Source: Abditibacteriaceae bacterium
GTDB taxonomy: Bacteria; Armatimonadota; Abditibacteriia; Abditibacteriales; Abditibacteriaceae
Assembly: GCA_031372065.1 (NCBI GenBank)
Contig: JANMKN010000047.1
Coordinates: 1-50,267, forward strand
Direction of reading: 5' to 3'
Length of the DNA: 50,267 nt
The position numbers and the translations under genes were made by a program. Shown piece by piece: positions 48,701 to 50,267 of this stretch. Below the pieces are notes generated by a model, which saw nothing but the letters and a program-made list of their open reading frames with translations, was not told where the DNA came from and ran no database searches. The first letter of the stretch is position 1, and each line of letters opens with the position of its first letter.

Positions 48701-49536
48701 TTCAGGCGGGCAAAACCGCGTTCTGGAACCTGGAAGTGACCGGCCTCGATAACGTGAAAGCGTTGAAGGGTGCCGGTCTCAACATCAACGACGCCGAAGT
48801 CAAAATCGCGCAGAGTTTCCACGATCAGTTGTTGCAGGCGGCAGTCGGCAAGCGCCAGACGACGGTGAAACGCATGACCCCGGCTTTCACCGGCAATCTC
48901 GACAACGATTTCAAGGGCGCCGACATCATCAGCTACAAAAAGAGCGACGACGCGGCGGCACGCAGCGCAGCGGCATGGGACGACGCGAATCTTTATCTGG
49001 CGTGGGACGTGAAGGACAACACGCCGTGGCAAAACGGCGCCACCGACGCCGCGCAAATGTATATCGGCGGCGACACCGTGGACTTCCAACTCGGCACCGA
49101 CCCCAACGCCGACAAGAATCGCAGCGAAGCGGCGCAGGGCGATTTACGCTTGTCCATCGGCAACTTGGGCGGCAAGGACACGGCGGTGCTTTATCGCAAG
49201 ACGGCCAAGCTCAAGAAACCCAAAGTCTTCAGTTCGGGCGTGGTTAAAGCCTATGCGATGGACTTCGTGGACGTGCTGGCCGATGCCAAAATCATCGTCA
49301 CCAAACGGGGCGACGGCTACACCGTCGAAGCTGCGATTCCCTTCGCGGCCCTCGACTTCAAACCGCTGGACGGCTTAAATCTGCGTGGCGATTTCGGCGT
49401 CACGCACGGCGACCCGGCGGGTGGGCGCACGCGGCTTCGCACTTACTGGAACAATCAGCACACCGGCATCGTGGACGACGCCGTCTTCGAGCTAATGCTC
49501 GAACCGAAAAACTGGGGCGAATTGACTTTTCGGTAG
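45718..49536 (+). CDS. Giant exported CBM9-like / FlgD-Ig / beta-propeller / CBM9-like protein, paralogous in architecture to 38189
   Basis: VDGKANDW, HEVKWDG (FlgD-Ig), PQQ/NHL-like repeats, WADENGDG, AAWDDANLYL...GYTVEAAIP. Confidence 0.78.
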   Translation: MKKLLAVWLLMFSLSTVVWATQTENNGIRILPASGPVVVDGKANDWDLSGGIFICDSVETQRDQYAVWLHVMHDAKNLYVLARFLDQTPLNNPGQTIADYGFAGDSLQMRFITAPGAPNERTAHLTAWQGRDGRDVMDIAYGKKFDEGGLKDAKAQGAQQAFQKDVGKGYTQEIALPWKLLTKDGQPPRAGERMALTVEPNFTVVANGRMTIKDIFKPGITPDRVFTFMSSPSWGPATLEAKGQVAPQPVRLSDAREFPVNLQNGIPVVDWTGLIKSKEMPGFKSIGFTMPQDGYISLHIKNAQGQVVRQLLNAAFYAKGAHEVKWDGLTTPNWNVPGQPVPPGDYVWSALSHAGIGLKLRGWAANGGAAPWDSGPGTNWGGDHGVPSAVATDDKQVYLGWSGAEAGKAVVACDLQGKVLWNNNRAGISGVKALASDSGVVYVLGGASGPAAEGGALYKLDAKTGAYLPWDKSGEADLIVKNLWPDKPNAAGKADAIASSHNTLFLSYAHKNAIQVLEASNGQALRTISVPAPGAIADGTVNYHGPIGGRLPVLIYVLSGGTKVLALNPWGGEPKTIVDGLANATSLAVGKDGKIYVGGREPDNQVKVFDAEGKPVSAIGRKGGRALLGAWTPDGMAFIQSLSLDADGKLWVAEADGFPKRVSAWDAATGKLVKEFFGPSSYGALGGAINPLDPNLMVGQGCEWRLDPQTGKAICLGVITRDGMENSRFGMGANGKLYLAVASKWAFEAGPVNIFERVGDADYKLRAGFSYEGKDNTKTLYWADENGDGKPQPNEVTTVPGALRVSGWYMAMAPDLTLSAGDNLLKVTGFTATGAPKYDLANPIKMPATGMTSADDKLVLHGGDYGVDHSWFTAMDIASGKVAWTYPDTFVGVHGSHNAPPPETGLIRGSYGVTGVAQLPAPIGNIWMIPTNVGEWHVLTGDGFYLTRLFQPDPLKIKFPEQAVPGADMSDTPPGMGGEDFGGSVTLGKDGKLYLQAGKTAFWNLEVTGLDNVKALKGAGLNINDAEVKIAQSFHDQLLQAAVGKRQTTVKRMTPAFTGNLDNDFKGADIISYKKSDDAAARSAAAWDDANLYLAWDVKDNTPWQNGATDAAQMYIGGDTVDFQLGTDPNADKNRSEAAQGDLRLSIGNLGGKDTAVLYRKTAKLKKPKVFSSGVVKAYAMDFVDVLADAKIIVTKRGDGYTVEAAIPFAALDFKPLDGLNLRGDFGVTHGDPAGGRTRLRTYWNNQHTGIVDDAVFELMLEPKNWGELTFR

Positions 49537-49607
49537 CCACGCTTAGGGATTCTGCGGTTTGAGGAAAATGCAAGTCAAGTTACCTCGCCGATTCCCCAAA
49601 CAGGTAG

Positions 49608-49699
49608 CTACAACCAGAAAATTCCCTTGACGTCATCCAGCGTGATCTCATCCTTGCTAAGGTCGTAAAGCCGCGTCGTGCGCGGTGAGGAATATGAGC
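49608..49699 (-). pseudogene. Tyrosine recombinase C-terminal remnant
   Basis: (H)SSPRTTRLYD.SKDEITLDDV includes the catalytic-Tyr region; frameshift near the His. Confidence 0.65.
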
Positions 49700-49942
49700 G
49701 TTATAGGTGCAGTGCAAAAGGAATCTCGGACGTGAGGCGGATTTTAAGCGGCAGTCCATCACTGTCAGATACTAACAGTCATCGCTCATTGCTCGAATCC
49801 TTTTGGTGAGAGTTTAGCGTTTCAGCGCGCTTGCTCTCAGCCCAGCGCCGCTTTTGGCTTTGGGCGATTTGCTCTCTTGTCTCGATACTGACTGGAATAC
49901 CCTGGGGCCGACTGCCCTTCTTGCCGGGACGACCTGCGTATT

Positions 49943-50104
49943 TTACCGGCTGTCAATCTTGCACATCGCACTGAGAAGTAAGGAAACCGCTGCAATGGCA
50001 CCGCAGATCATAACCACATCCTCAGCGATAGAGCCGGTGGTTATTCGCCAGCCCTGTGGCATCAAATAAAATCGGTTGCGTAGCGGATAAAAAAGAAGGG
50101 TCAT
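49943..50104 (-). pseudogene. Second YdjM-like C-terminal remnant
   Basis: YPLRNRFYLMPQGWRITTGSIAEDVV vs YPHRKRHHLLPKGWRLTTGSMAEEML in the 23404 gene. Confidence 0.7.
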
Positions 50105-50128
50105 GTTACAGAAATGATGCTGAGGGAG

Positions 50129-50267
50129 GGCTTTGTTGCGCGAATAGCCACGGGTTCGGTAAGGAGGTTAATCTTGAAGTGTGAAAAAGAAAAAGAAAAA
50201 CGCCCAGCGCTCGCCAAAGCGCCGCCGCTCCCAAAAGAAGCGCACTTACCGAACCCGCAACTGGAAA
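50129..50267 (+). mobile_element. IS5 family (IS903-like group) element, left end
   Basis: Terminal GGCTTTGTTG at 50129, as in IS903-type inverted repeats. Confidence 0.8.
50181..50267 (+). CDS. IS5 family transposase N-terminus (runs off the window)
   Basis: KKRTYRTRNWK matches the Y(R/K)..NW..YN start of IS903-group transposases. Confidence 0.75.
   Translation, partial: MKKKKKNAQRSPKRRRSQKKRTYRTRNWK

Noticed and set aside
49854..50069. 71-aa plus-strand ORF
   Set aside because: The opposite strand matches the ydjM-like C-terminus, which explains the sequence better.

Overview
GC-rich bacterial DNA that reads as a decaying, mosaic accessory region. Gene content suggests Armatimonadota/Abditibacteriota; this is inference only. 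(1) 1-890: partial Gfo/Idh/MocA oxidoreductase, then an abrupt junction. (2) ~1070-21154: heavy-metal homeostasis island with two CzcA-type RND pumps (one 5'-truncated) each followed by a PAP2 phosphatase, plus ZIP, Csp3-like Cys-rich protein, His-tailed EamA, PII-like, CDF, P1B-4 ATPase, a RAPP/RGPP-ending leader ORF, P450, YceI, a TauE pseudogene and YcnI. No intact czcB/czcC is present, only a probable 31-codon scar. (3) 21017-25690: a ~1.9 kb diverged inverted duplication of two tandem replication-initiator-like genes, fused head-to-head across a truncated YdjM-like gene. (4) ~25930-49536: a glycan-utilisation locus (GH88/105, KanJ-like dioxygenase, SASA esterase, large GH2, divergent LacI and GntR-LacI regulators, two giant CBM9/FlgD-Ig/beta-propeller paralogs, SGNH hydrolase, Gfo/Idh/MocA). 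(5) 49608-50267: tyrosine recombinase and second YdjM relics, then the left end of an IS5 (IS903-like) element. I saw no rRNA, tRNA, CRISPR array or reverse transcriptase. All family calls come from motif recognition by eye, not from database searches.
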